Positions 37,292 to 47,817 are shown, numbered from the stretch's first letter. The stretch is 64,000 nt of DNA from Vulcanimicrobiota bacterium (GCA_963714015.1 OY970223.1:960001-1024000); one strand, 5' to 3'. Notes: generated by a model not told the origin, from the letters alone. Numbers and translations: made by a program.

Positions 37292-40000
37292 ATGCTATGC
37301 CTTCGTGCATCGCGTGCGCTTTGTGCGCTTGCGATCGCGCTCCTTTCTACGGTTCCGGCGCAGGCCGAACCGCGTTTATCCGGTGGCAGCATAACGGGCG
37401 TCGTCGACGACGCAGCCACCGGCCTTCCCGTTCCCAACGTGGACGTCGGCGTTATTCATGCGAACGTTTCGGTTCACACGGACGCGGCGGGCCGATTTGT
37501 CATTCCGACTGTCCATGAGGGAACGTATCGCGTCAACTTGACGCGCGACGGATATCAGCCGGCTGTATCGGAGCCCATCGCCGTGGACGACTCGCCCGTC
37601 GAGGTTACGCTGACGATTCAGCGCGCCGCCTCGGATCTGCACGTGATCGCCGTGACGACTGCCCGAGCGAAAGATGCGCTTCAGCAGTCGAGCACTTTCA
37701 CCAAAACGCTCAATTCTGAGGAGCTGCAACAAGAGGGCATCGTTCGGGCTGCAGACGCGCTGCGCACACTGCCGGGCGTCAACAACGGCATTACCGGAGA
37801 TACGGCCGCGCTTTCCGACGACGTGCAACTCAGTCTTCGCGGTATCGGCACGCTCGAGACGGAAGCGGCGATTGACGGCCATCCGATCGCGTACGGTATA
37901 AAAGACGGCTTCAACTATCAGCTCTCGCCCGTCTTTCCTTACCGCGACATCTCGGTGCTTTACGGCTCCGGCGGGAGCGATTTGATGGGAGTCAACGCCA
38001 TCGGAGGAGTCGTCAATTTTCAAACGCTCGATCCGACGCCCGTCAGCGCAGTAAACGTTACGCAAGGGTACGGAACGTTCGACCAGCTCTCTACGAGCAT
38101 CACTGCGACCGGCACGGCGAATAAGCTCGGATATGCCGCTGCGTACGGCGTAGCGGGCCTCGACGGCCCGTTCAACGACGCGACGTTCTATCAAGCGGGA
38201 GCAGCGTTTGACCAGTCTGTGCCCTCCGGACCAATCCACGATCTCGGTGTGTATTCCGACGACTCCGGAGAAACGACGCGCGCGGGACTGTTGAAGCTTC
38301 AGTACAACTTCTCGCCAAGCAGCAACGTGACGTTTGCCTCCGTGGACGAAAATCGTTGGGTCAACAAAGCCGGCAACGGCGACGGCGATTATCTGGGGTA
38401 TGCGCCGGCGCTCGCTTTCGGCAATCTGCTTCTTTCCCAGTACAACCCGGAAAATTATCCGCGGCTTCCCGCTTGCCCGAAAGGAACATTCGCCGGTACG
38501 AACGCGAACGGCAGTCCTAACGGCTACGGACCGAATGGACAGCCTGACGGCGGAGTAACGTGCCAAACTCCGCAGCAGTATGCGCAGTTCAATACCGGCT
38601 GGGACGGAGCCGGAGCGTCATGGCAATCGCTCAAGCTGTTCGACAACTCCGTCGACTATCGTCTCTCCACTCAGCGCTCGGCGATACGGCTCGGCGTATT
38701 CGACAGTTATTATGAAAACTTGGTGGATAGAACGTTCATGCTGCCTTTCTTCAGCACACCCGGAGATGCCGGATCGTGGCAGAACTTCGGCGTCAACGAA
38801 GCGGGAACAATTGCCAGCGACGATCTCGTCGGCAGAAACAACGACTTCGAATTTGGAACGTCATACCTAAACAACGCTTACTTCACGTACGTCAAGAATG
38901 CGCTGAAGGGATCGCCCTTCGTCACCGAAACGGCCTATTTCATCCGCGACGCATTTCGCCCGCAAGCCTCGCCGCTCTCGGCGTACTTGAACCTATGGGC
39001 AAAGCACTCAACTGCGACGAATACTTCGTATCTCGACTCGCGGCTGGCTGCCGTATACCGTTTGAACTCGCGCAACATTCTGCGCGCCTCCGCCGGATCG
39101 ACGACGACGCAGCCCAGTCAAAACATGCTGGACCAGCAATTCATCGAATCGGCGCCCGGCGGAGCGGGCGGCGGCACGCCAATCGGCTGCGGGAGTCTCA
39201 ACTCAGTCGGAAGCGCTCCATCGACGACGTTGAAACCGGAAGAAGGCGTTGACGAAGATCTGGCTTACACGCACCGCTGGCAGGGTGATTCGCAGACCGA
39301 ACTTACCTTGTACAACACGAACGTTTACGATAAGCTCTATTCGACCACGGTTCCGCTTTCCTCGATCGGAACAGGCTTTATTCCGCCGGCGTACTTGACG
39401 CAAGTCGAAGCGGCGATCGCCGGCAAGTGCGGTACCGCCGGCGCGTTCGACCTGCTCGGAGTGACGGGCAATGCGAACGTCGGGACGCTTCGCGCAGAAG
39501 GAATCGATCTCAGCGGCCGCGCCCGAATCAGCCGTCCATTCTATTTGGACTACGACTGGACGCTGACTTCTACGGCCTTGATAAATGCCAATCAGCAGCT
39601 GCTTCAGAACAACCTCACTTACGTCATCGGCAGTCAGCTTCCGCATCTACCTCTCCACACGTTCTCTGCCGCAGCGGACTACACGTTCGTAAACGGCGTC
39701 GACGCTAGATACATGCTATATACGGTTTCAGCGGGCAACACCAAATCGCTTCCGGCGTATGACTACTCCGATCTAAGCCTTTCGGCACCCGTCGGGCGGG
39801 GTGCGAAGCTGACTGCTATGGTTCAAAATCTGTTCAACCAATGGGGAAGCATCGCCGGTTTGCGTTACGAAGGCGTGCCCTTGGCGCTCAACAGCTACGC
39901 TGCGCCGAGTGCATATGCTCCCTATACCGGAGCAGATGCAACGGAGCAGTTTGGACTGCCGTACCGCAGCGTGTACTTCAGCCTCTCAATAACGCGGTAA
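37292..40000 (+). CDS. TonB-dependent receptor
   Basis: Signal peptide, GSITGVVDD..PVPNVDV, plug ALRTLPGV..LRG..IDGHP..AIGGVVNFQT, LKPEEG, VQNLFN, last strand RSVYFSLSITR. Confidence 0.88.
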   Translation: MLCLRASRALCALAIALLSTVPAQAEPRLSGGSITGVVDDAATGLPVPNVDVGVIHANVSVHTDAAGRFVIPTVHEGTYRVNLTRDGYQPAVSEPIAVDDSPVEVTLTIQRAASDLHVIAVTTARAKDALQQSSTFTKTLNSEELQQEGIVRAADALRTLPGVNNGITGDTAALSDDVQLSLRGIGTLETEAAIDGHPIAYGIKDGFNYQLSPVFPYRDISVLYGSGGSDLMGVNAIGGVVNFQTLDPTPVSAVNVTQGYGTFDQLSTSITATGTANKLGYAAAYGVAGLDGPFNDATFYQAGAAFDQSVPSGPIHDLGVYSDDSGETTRAGLLKLQYNFSPSSNVTFASVDENRWVNKAGNGDGDYLGYAPALAFGNLLLSQYNPENYPRLPACPKGTFAGTNANGSPNGYGPNGQPDGGVTCQTPQQYAQFNTGWDGAGASWQSLKLFDNSVDYRLSTQRSAIRLGVFDSYYENLVDRTFMLPFFSTPGDAGSWQNFGVNEAGTIASDDLVGRNNDFEFGTSYLNNAYFTYVKNALKGSPFVTETAYFIRDAFRPQASPLSAYLNLWAKHSTATNTSYLDSRLAAVYRLNSRNILRASAGSTTTQPSQNMLDQQFIESAPGGAGGGTPIGCGSLNSVGSAPSTTLKPEEGVDEDLAYTHRWQGDSQTELTLYNTNVYDKLYSTTVPLSSIGTGFIPPAYLTQVEAAIAGKCGTAGAFDLLGVTGNANVGTLRAEGIDLSGRARISRPFYLDYDWTLTSTALINANQQLLQNNLTYVIGSQLPHLPLHTFSAAADYTFVNGVDARYMLYTVSAGNTKSLPAYDYSDLSLSAPVGRGAKLTAMVQNLFNQWGSIAGLRYEGVPLALNSYAAPSAYAPYTGADATEQFGLPYRSVYFSLSITR

Positions 40001-40036
40001 TGAGCAGTAGGGCTTGCAATCGCGCGGTCGCGAGCC

Positions 40037-40966
40037 CTATCCAATGAGGCCTTTGAAGTAATCGTACGTTTCGCGCAGTCCCCGTTCGAGCGGCGTGGCG
40101 GGCTGCCAGTCCAGTTCCCTTCGCGCCAACGAACAATCGAATTGCGCATCTCGCACGTCTCCCGGCCGCTTTGCCCCGCGAACGATCTCCGGTGAAGCGC
40201 CCGAGATGTTCGAAAGCTGACGGTAAATCTCATTGACGCTCGTACGCTGGCCGGTTCCGATGCAATACATGCTGCCGCCGCCGCGATCCAGCGCCGCGAC
40301 GTTCGATCGAGCGACGTCTCCCACGTAGACGTAGTCCCGTGTTTGCTCGCCGTCCCAGTCGATCCGCACGCTTTGCCCGCGCATGAACCGGTTGATGAAA
40401 ATGGAGATCACGCCCGCTTCGCCGTTAGGATCCTGCCGCGGACCATACACATTGCCGTAGCGCAAGGCGGTAAAGTCCAGGCTATGCTGACTCTTGTAAA
40501 ACCGCAGGTAATGCTCGGCAACCATTTTCGTGATCCCGTAAGGCGACTGGGGCCGCTGAGGAGTGCTTTCATTTACCGGCAGATGCTCGGGCGTGCCGAA
40601 GGTGGCGCCGCTCGAGGCGAAGATCACTTTCCTCACACCAAACCTTACGCTGTTCTCAAGGACGTTGAGTAGTCCTAGGACGTTGACGCCGGCATCGTAC
40701 TTCGGGTCTTTCGAACTGATCGCGACGCTGTGTTGCGCGGCGTGATGGTTGACGATCTCAGGATTGAACTCTTCAAAAACGCGACGCAGTTGTTCGTCAC
40801 GAATATCGACCTGCACGAAGGTGGCGCGCGGAGGGATGTTTTGCCGCCTTCCTCCACCGCGCTCCCAAAGAGAATCAACGACGACGACGTCGTGCCCGCG
40901 ATCCAGGTAAGCGTCGGCTATATGGGAACCGATGAATCCGGCGCCGCCGGTCAAGAGAACGCGCAT
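40037..40966 (-). CDS. NAD-dependent epimerase/dehydratase (UDP-glucose 4-epimerase-like)
   Basis: TGGAGFIGSH, YGITK, LRYGNVYGPRQ, RDYVYV, RPGD. Confidence 0.9.
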   Translation of the reverse strand: MRVLLTGGAGFIGSHIADAYLDRGHDVVVVDSLWERGGGRRQNIPPRATFVQVDIRDEQLRRVFEEFNPEIVNHHAAQHSVAISSKDPKYDAGVNVLGLLNVLENSVRFGVRKVIFASSGATFGTPEHLPVNESTPQRPQSPYGITKMVAEHYLRFYKSQHSLDFTALRYGNVYGPRQDPNGEAGVISIFINRFMRGQSVRIDWDGEQTRDYVYVGDVARSNVAALDRGGGSMYCIGTGQRTSVNEIYRQLSNISGASPEIVRGAKRPGDVRDAQFDCSLARRELDWQPATPLERGLRETYDYFKGLIG

Positions 40967-41042
40967 GCACTCCGCCGTTCCACCCGCGACGCGACGTTCC
41001 CGGTGCTCTAGCCGGAGCGCCGCTTCGTCGCAAATGTGAATC

Positions 41043-43169
41043 GTGATCGCAGTCTTGGCTTTGGCGTGGTTTCACAGCGCCGGGCTTCCGGCTTTTCGAT
41101 CGCGTACCGTGCACGTCGCTTGCACGGTACTCGACGTCGATCGTGCGCGAATGGACGGCAACGCCTATTACACCTGCGCGTCCGACAGCGGAACGGTACT
41201 GGACGTAGCTGGACGAGGACCGGCTCCGTTGGTCGGGCAGCACGTGCTCGTTCGCGGCCGCCTCGAGGCTTTTGACGCTCCGCGAAATCCGGGTGAGCCG
41301 GACGAACGGGAACTGCAGTCCGAACGCGGCGTCGACGCGCGATTGAGCAGCGCTCAGGTTTTGCAGACACTCGAGCCGGCGCCTGCCACGATGCAAATCG
41401 CACTCGCCGTTGCGCATGCGTGGGCATTCGATCGCTTCCGGTCTGCAATGGCCGAGCCGTATGCGTCGATTCTTTCCGGCGAGCTTTGGGGTCAGCGGAG
41501 CGCACTGTCACCCGAACTTCATGCCGAATTCCAGCAGACCGGAACGGTGCATATTCTGGTTACGGCCGGGCTGCATCTCGGCGTCGTGAGTATGGTCATT
41601 TTGTGGCTGCTTCGCGCCTGTAGGATTCCCCGCGCCGCCGCATGCGCAATTGCGCTGGCGGCCCTATGGTGTTATGCGATCTTCAGCGGACTGCATCTAC
41701 CTTCTCTGCGGGCCGCAACGATGATTTCGTTCGGTCTGGCGGCACACGGTTTGGGACGAAGAGCGATTTCGTGGCGCACGTATTTAGCTGCGATGATTTG
41801 CGTGGGATTGCTGCGGCCGGGCGCCATCGGCGGAGCATCGTTCCTGCTGTCGTTCTCGTGCGTGGGAGCGATCTTGCTGACGGCGGATGAGATACTCAAG
41901 GTGCTCGAGCACCTTGCGCTCCCGGAACGCGTCAAGGAGGCGCTGACCTTAACCATCGCAACGCAACTGGGAACCTGGCCGCTCACGGCGGCGATCTTCC
42001 TCTTGTTCTCACCGTACGCCGTCGTTGCGAACCTATGCGTCGTCCCGCTGGTCGGCTTCACAATGATCCTCGGCGGCGCACAGCTTTTGTTATCCCCGAT
42101 GCCCTTCGGCGCTTATGCCGTTGCCGCACTCAACAGCTGGCTGCTTGCGTGGATCGTCGCAATCGTTCAGGCGATCTCGTCGCTGCCGTTCGCGTCGATT
42201 GCCATGACGCCGCCGCAAGGCTGGACGATAGCGCTCTACGACGCACTGCTCGGCGTTGCAATCTTTTGCCACCGGCGTGCGGCATGGACTGGCGCCCTCG
42301 CCGCACTCTTTATCGGCGTTACGACGGTCCTTACACCGCCCGCGTTCGCGGATGGACGTTTGCGCATTACGGTTCTGGACACCGGACAAGCCGACGGGAT
42401 CGCCATCCGCACCCCCCGCGGCCATACGATCCTCGTAGACGCGGGCGGAAAATTGGAACGCGGAAACGCTGCGGAGTCATCGTCCGAACGAGCGGGCGAG
42501 ATGGTCCTCGTTCCATTTCTGCGGCGAAGCGGAGTTCGCCGGATCGACGCGCTTATTCTCTCGCACCCGCATGGCGACCACGTTGGGGCCGCGGCTCCGA
42601 TATTACGCGACGGATTCAGCGTCGGCGAACTGGCGGACAGCGGCCAGCAGTATGCGGGTTACGCGTGGCGGGACGCCGTCGCGACGGCTCGCGCGGATCG
42701 CGTGCCCATCGTATATCCGCGCGCGGGCATGGTTTGGCGCACTGACGACGGTGTTACGCTTACGTTCATCGGGCCATCGCTGCCGTTCATCGAAAGCGAC
42801 AACACTATCAACGACAACTCCATTGCATTCATCTTGCAGTACAAGCAGTTCCGCATGCTCTTCACCGGAGACGCCGGCGTTGCCGCAGAACAACGCTTCT
42901 TGAATGAAGGAATCGATTTGCACGCCGATATTTTGAAAGTGGGTCATCACGGATCTGCCTATAGTTCGTCACCGGAATTCATCGGCGCGGTGCATCCGAA
43001 GTACGCGATCATCTCCGTTGGCCGGCACAATATGTTCGGGCATCCGGCGCCATTGACGATCGAAACGCTACAGCGCTTTGGGGCACGCGTCTATCGTACC
43101 GATCGAGACGCCGCGGTATCCATCGTCTCCGATGGGACGAAAGTCGCGATTACCAGCATGCTACCGTAG
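41043..43169 (+). CDS. comEC: DNA uptake channel ComEC/Rec2
   Basis: TGTVHILVTAGLH, SLRAATM competence domain; MBL domain GQAD, SHPHGDH, LFTGDAG, KVGHHGS, FGHP, YRTD. Confidence 0.93.
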   Translation: MIAVLALAWFHSAGLPAFRSRTVHVACTVLDVDRARMDGNAYYTCASDSGTVLDVAGRGPAPLVGQHVLVRGRLEAFDAPRNPGEPDERELQSERGVDARLSSAQVLQTLEPAPATMQIALAVAHAWAFDRFRSAMAEPYASILSGELWGQRSALSPELHAEFQQTGTVHILVTAGLHLGVVSMVILWLLRACRIPRAAACAIALAALWCYAIFSGLHLPSLRAATMISFGLAAHGLGRRAISWRTYLAAMICVGLLRPGAIGGASFLLSFSCVGAILLTADEILKVLEHLALPERVKEALTLTIATQLGTWPLTAAIFLLFSPYAVVANLCVVPLVGFTMILGGAQLLLSPMPFGAYAVAALNSWLLAWIVAIVQAISSLPFASIAMTPPQGWTIALYDALLGVAIFCHRRAAWTGALAALFIGVTTVLTPPAFADGRLRITVLDTGQADGIAIRTPRGHTILVDAGGKLERGNAAESSSERAGEMVLVPFLRRSGVRRIDALILSHPHGDHVGAAAPILRDGFSVGELADSGQQYAGYAWRDAVATARADRVPIVYPRAGMVWRTDDGVTLTFIGPSLPFIESDNTINDNSIAFILQYKQFRMLFTGDAGVAAEQRFLNEGIDLHADILKVGHHGSAYSSSPEFIGAVHPKYAIISVGRHNMFGHPAPLTIETLQRFGARVYRTDRDAAVSIVSDGTKVAITSMLP

Positions 43170-43371
43170 GCCGGCGCAAGCAAGGTACATCGCCGTCCAT
43201 GCTCGCGGTTCGTCACACGACATCGCGATAGGCGTCTGGGAACGCTCGGCGCTGGAGAGGGGCCCGATGCTTTGATACGGTACCTTTTCCAATAACCCAC
43301 GTATGCGTCCGAAGCCGCCAGGCTCTAAAGCCAGCCGTTCATTGAGTCGACGCATCGGGAATAAGGGGAGT

Positions 43372-43803
43372 GTGGGGACTAAACGACACCTTACGGTCGA
43401 CACCTGTCGAGCGCATCACGCCGGCATACGCCGGTTGCTCGACGACGTGCGTTTGGCCGAACCGCTAAATGAAGCTTCCATTACAGATCTGCTGGAACGA
43501 TTGGAGCATCTTGTCGCCAGCCATCTTGAACTGGAGGAGTGCGTGTTATACCCCGCACTAGAGAAAAGCGCCTCGGCGCTCTTGCAGCGCAAGGCGGCGC
43601 GCTACCGTACGCACATGCTTCCCATCGGCGAGAAGTTCATCGAAATATGCCGCTTATGGAAAGAAGCGGGCGCGATCTCCGCTGACCCGACGCGCTTCAT
43701 CGACGAGTGGCGCGCATCTTCGCAGACGCTGCGTATGCGGATGGAGTCCGAAGACGAAGATCTCTACGTACTTGCCGAAGCATTGGAGAAGCACGCCGGA
43801 TAA
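43372..43803 (+). CDS. Hemerythrin-like (HHE) domain protein
   Basis: HHAGI, HLELEECVLYPAL, RMESEDEDLY; GGGGAG RBS. Confidence 0.75.
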   Translation: MGTKRHLTVDTCRAHHAGIRRLLDDVRLAEPLNEASITDLLERLEHLVASHLELEECVLYPALEKSASALLQRKAARYRTHMLPIGEKFIEICRLWKEAGAISADPTRFIDEWRASSQTLRMRMESEDEDLYVLAEALEKHAG

Positions 43804-44063
43804 CTAGCGCGTCTCCGATTATGCCGAAGAGAAAGTTCCATGAAGAGGGCGCGGGCAACCGCAGCGATCGTCAAGCGTGTCACCGTCCGACGGACAAGTG
43901 GTCCGATCATCCACTAAGGGATCGTGACGTTTGCAAACGTGTAGCTGGGCTTTCCTGCTTCTGGCGGCACCTTGGTCTGCAAGGCGGCCGAACGGCACAA
44001 TATTGCGAGCAACTCTTCGCCGGGTCATTGGCAATGCTGTGTCCGCGTTGTTCGGATGTATCG

Positions 44064-44597
44064 TTACGGATCGTTCATCCAAGGCCCTGGAGTTGGTCCA
44101 TTGGGTGCTGAGTCGAGTCCTCCACCACTCCCGGGCGAATAGTATTGATTGTTTGCTGGAAGATTCATGACCCAATAGCCGGCGACAAAATCTATGCATG
44201 GCCCTTGCGTGGCATCAAAAACAATGAACCCCTCCCGTGGCAAGAACGTAAAGCGCAGCGTATTCGATTTTACGTAACGCCCAATTCGACGGAGCATTGA
44301 AAACTGATTGGTTGTCAATTTCGGGACCCCCGGTTTCCCGACATCCGCCACGTTGTAGCTGGCCGGTCCAATTGTGAGGGGTGACGCGTCGCTGTGACAA
44401 CCAATTCCATACCGGCCAACTGGAACAGACGTCGGAATTGGCCATGGCGGCGCCCGCCATGTCCAAGTCGGTTGCTTTTTCGTCGCGCACGAAGTGATCA
44501 TCGACGCGACCACGCAGAGAATCGCAAGCGGCTTTCGTATCGGTCGCTTAATAACAGCACTAGTCTGTTCGCATAGTTCACCACCTGTCTCGTCCAA
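44064..44597 (-). CDS. Hypothetical putative lipoprotein
   Basis: Basic residues, hydrophobic stretch, ITSC lipobox-like; TATAAT just upstream. Start uncertain. Confidence 0.55.
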   Translation of the reverse strand: MDETGGELCEQTSAVIKRPIRKPLAILCVVASMITSCATKKQPTWTWRAPPWPIPTSVPVGRYGIGCHSDASPLTIGPASYNVADVGKPGVPKLTTNQFSMLRRIGRYVKSNTLRFTFLPREGFIVFDATQGPCIDFVAGYWVMNLPANNQYYSPGSGGGLDSAPNGPTPGPWMNDP

Positions 44598-44779
44598 CGA
44601 TTATACGGCGCCAGTCGCGGCTCGTCCCAGGCTCCTTCACGAGCGAGAAGCGCAGCTGATCCGCCCTGGTAGGGGGTTCGGTCTAGACATCACGCGGCTT
44701 GACTCATCCGATGCCGGAATTGCCGTTCGAATCCCAGCGGCGAGATATTGCCGGCCGACGTATGCCGCCGGCGCGGATT

Positions 44780-45200
44780 GTACCAGCCCTCGTCGCCACG
44801 ACGTCGGCTTGCAGGCGCTGCGATGGGCGCGATTGAGCCACGCGTAATAGCCGCTCGTGGAAGCAGCGAGCGGTATGCAAAGCGTTGGCAACGATATGTT
44901 CTGTGTGGTACGATTTCACGAATTCGAATGCTTGTCGGGATCGAATTGGTCTCCCGAACGAACAAGGCCGCGGCTTTGACAAAATTCCGTTCGCGATCGT
45001 CAAACGCTTACAATCACGGCGCAAACGCGAAAGCTCAGGCGGTCGTGGCTCATTAGGCCGTCTTTTCAAACACCAGTATCGAGATCGAATTGTTTGACCG
45101 AGTAGCCGATAGGTTTGGCGTGCAAGGCCGAATTCCTGAGCGTGGCTAGGTAGAGCAGGAATGTTTTGCGATTGGATGGGCCGTTCTCGGATCTGAAATA
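44780..45200 (-). mobile_element. Decayed IS3-family transposase remnant (orfA and start of orfB)
   Basis: Across frames: AQEFGLARQT, VKQFDLDTGV*KDGL, ELSRLRRDCKRL..ILSK/AAALFVRET, FEFVK, STSGYYAWLNR. These are IS3 OrfA/OrfB signatures broken by a stop and frameshifts. Confidence 0.7.
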
Positions 45201-45321
45201 GAGACAAACGCAAAATGCGGATCCGAATTGCCCTCTCGTTCAAGCGGATAGCAGTATGTGTGCTACGCACGTCGCGACGTGGTTGCGTCGCTGCTCAAGA
45301 CATTGCTCGGCCGCGTCGATA

Positions 45322-46218
45322 TTATCGCCGGTGTGCCGCCGCCATCTTCTCCAACGTCCGACGCAGCGACGTGACCGATTCGTCGCCGAATCGAGCGCGC
45401 CACGCCGATTCGACTGCTCGTATTCGTTCCTCGTACGCTTCGCTAACGGAAGCGCCTTTTGCCGTCAGAAACACGGTCTTGCTGCCACCGTTGCCGCTCA
45501 CGCGCAAGAAGCCATGGCGAATGAGCGTCGCAACGCCAACGCGATCGTCGAGTTCATGCATTGACAGCCCCTGGACGGGGATACCCTTAATCACGCCTGT
45601 ACTGAGCGAGAGCGCAACCGGTGATTCCTTTTCATAGTCGGTCGCAAAAGCAACCAACGCTTGCGAAAGCAACGCCCACAACGGGAGATTCGAGACGGTA
45701 TCTCCGCCCTCGCGGGGCACCGCTTTCCAGTCTGTGCCGTTTCCGCCGGTGATGCTTGCATCCACAGCGCCGTAGGCGGCCGGGTAATGGGGATGCTCGA
45801 GTGAAAATAATCTAACGATCGCTTCCATCGAAGAACGCAACCGGGACACGTACTCGACCCCAACCTTTTCTAGCCACCGGTTTTCGGCGGCCTTCTGCAG
45901 CGACTTCCATCGCGCTGCGACTTCGCAGCCCCGGGGTGTTAGCCGCACCGTTGCGTCGCCTCGTCCGCGACTCAGCGGCTCGATCCATCCGTTTCTGGTT
46001 GCTGCCGTTATTCGGAATCTCACAGCGCGTTTGGAGAGGCAAACCAGCGCGGGCAGCTCGGAAAGGCTGGTCCCCTTCTCGTCGACGCCACGCAGAAGAT
46101 TTGCCCAAAGGTCAAGTGACGGCATATGCGGTTTGCCGGCACCTTCAGCAGCATAGACTTGTTCCAACGACTTAAGGACAAGCCAAAGAAGTGATGGTAG
46201 CGACGCAAATGCGGCCAT
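45322..46218 (-). CDS. Protein with two tandem MarR-like winged-helix halves
   Basis: Internal duplication: VRLTPRG..AENRWLEKVG..VSRLRSSME vs VFLTAKG..VESAWRARFG..VTSLRRTLE. Confidence 0.65.
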   Translation of the reverse strand: MAAFASLPSLLWLVLKSLEQVYAAEGAGKPHMPSLDLWANLLRGVDEKGTSLSELPALVCLSKRAVRFRITAATRNGWIEPLSRGRGDATVRLTPRGCEVAARWKSLQKAAENRWLEKVGVEYVSRLRSSMEAIVRLFSLEHPHYPAAYGAVDASITGGNGTDWKAVPREGGDTVSNLPLWALLSQALVAFATDYEKESPVALSLSTGVIKGIPVQGLSMHELDDRVGVATLIRHGFLRVSGNGGSKTVFLTAKGASVSEAYEERIRAVESAWRARFGDESVTSLRRTLEKMAAAHRR

Positions 46219-46296
46219 GGCATCCCCTTAATTCGTTACCGTGAAGACGCCTTCAAGACAGTTGCGCACGGATGGTCAATCGTGAACCGCAAATTC

Positions 46297-47739
46297 TTAG
46301 TAGGTTACAGTCTCCACGACTGCAGCCCCCGCAACCAGTCCGTTGTCGTCACGGCTGTACGCGTAGAGAAGCACCTTTTTCGGCGTCTTTACCATGAATA
46401 GGTATGCGGTCGTGGGCGGCCGGCGATCCGTTGAAACCAAGGTGTACGCTCGATCGCCGAGAGCGGCGAGCGCCTGCAACGCTTCGCGATGTGCCGGGAT
46501 CATATGCGCGCGAAAGTCGGGCCGCAGTTGCGCCATGTCGATGCGTCCTGCAACTGCGTCGTCGAGCCAGTGCTCAGCTGCCGCGACCATAGCCGGATTT
46601 GCTTGCGGGGGCGCGGGCTTGCCGGGGGTCGCGCCGGGATGCGGCGTCGGCTTGACCGCCGCCGAGGGAACCAGGGCGCGATACACCGCCGAAACGGCAG
46701 TGTTGTAGTTGAACGTTCCGCTATTTGCCAAGACGACGATGCCCAGATGGTCGTCCGGAAAACGGGCATCTTGCGTCGCGGCGCCGTAGGTATTGCCGCC
46801 GTGCGAGATCATGCGGTGTCCGTTCGGTAAGCGCGAGAGTTCGATTCCGAATCCGTAATCGGGAAACGGATCGTTTTTACCGATGCGGTGCGGCGTCATC
46901 ATCTCGGTCAAGGAGCGCTGGGAGAGCAGTTTGCCGCCGGAGAGTGCGGCATTCCACTTTGCGAGGTCTTGCGCGTTGCTCACGACGGCGCCGGCACCGC
47001 CGAACCAAGTGTACTCCAGATGCTCGGCGTGCTCCCACGGACCGAGCGCGAACGAATCGTACTCGGTCGCGACGTTGGGCCGGGTGTCATCGTAGTCGCG
47101 TACGAACGTCGAAGTCATGCCGAGCGGCCTAAAGATCCGCTGCTCGAGGAAATCGCGGTAACTCATTCCGGAGACTCGCTCGATGACCATAGCCAGCAGA
47201 TCGTATCCGGTATTGGAATACTCCCGATTGGTACCGGGCGTGAATGCCAGCGGCCGGCGATCGACCGTGTTGACGATCCCTGCCAGCGTCGTGGGGCGAT
47301 TGCCGATCTCATCGAACGTCCCAATCTCGGTATACTCGGCATATCCGCCGGAATGGGTCAGCAAATTACGCAGCGTGACCTGGTTCGCGTGCGGAATCTC
47401 CGGCAAGTACTTGGAAAGGCGATCGTCGACGTTGAGTTTGCCCGCGTCCTGCAGCATCAATATCGCGGTCGCGGTAAATTGCTTCGTATTCGAACCGATC
47501 GGGTAACTCGTGTCCCCCCGGGCGGGCACCGCGTCCTCGACGTTCATATAGCCATAGCCCTTTGCATAGACCACGAGGCCGCCGCGCAGGATCGCGATTG
47601 TAACGCCCGGCGTCGCTCGCCCCGCCACCGAACGTGCTCCGATGGCGTCGATCGCCGCAATTTGTTTGGGCGTGAGCGATTGAGGCGCAGCGCCGAGAAC
47701 GCCCAGCAATGCCGCTGCAGCGGCGATCTGTCGAATCAT
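46297..47739 (-). CDS. Secreted serine hydrolase (beta-lactamase class C / D-peptidase family)
   Basis: Signal peptide; GSNTK (SxxK), LLTHSGG, YSN, HGG. Confidence 0.88.
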   Translation of the reverse strand: MIRQIAAAAALLGVLGAAPQSLTPKQIAAIDAIGARSVAGRATPGVTIAILRGGLVVYAKGYGYMNVEDAVPARGDTSYPIGSNTKQFTATAILMLQDAGKLNVDDRLSKYLPEIPHANQVTLRNLLTHSGGYAEYTEIGTFDEIGNRPTTLAGIVNTVDRRPLAFTPGTNREYSNTGYDLLAMVIERVSGMSYRDFLEQRIFRPLGMTSTFVRDYDDTRPNVATEYDSFALGPWEHAEHLEYTWFGGAGAVVSNAQDLAKWNAALSGGKLLSQRSLTEMMTPHRIGKNDPFPDYGFGIELSRLPNGHRMISHGGNTYGAATQDARFPDDHLGIVVLANSGTFNYNTAVSAVYRALVPSAAVKPTPHPGATPGKPAPPQANPAMVAAAEHWLDDAVAGRIDMAQLRPDFRAHMIPAHREALQALAALGDRAYTLVSTDRRPPTTAYLFMVKTPKKVLLYAYSRDDNGLVAGAAVVETVTY

Positions 47740-47817
47740 GCGGCTAACTACGCTGCGGCCGCGATATTTTCCCGCGGGCAGCAGTATTTTGTCGCTGGTC
47801 TTTCCAAAGGACGATAA

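Noticed and set aside
43807..44063. ORFs 43819..44199 (-) and 43707..44111 (+)
   Set aside because: No motif, RBS or typical codon pattern; they overlap better-supported genes.
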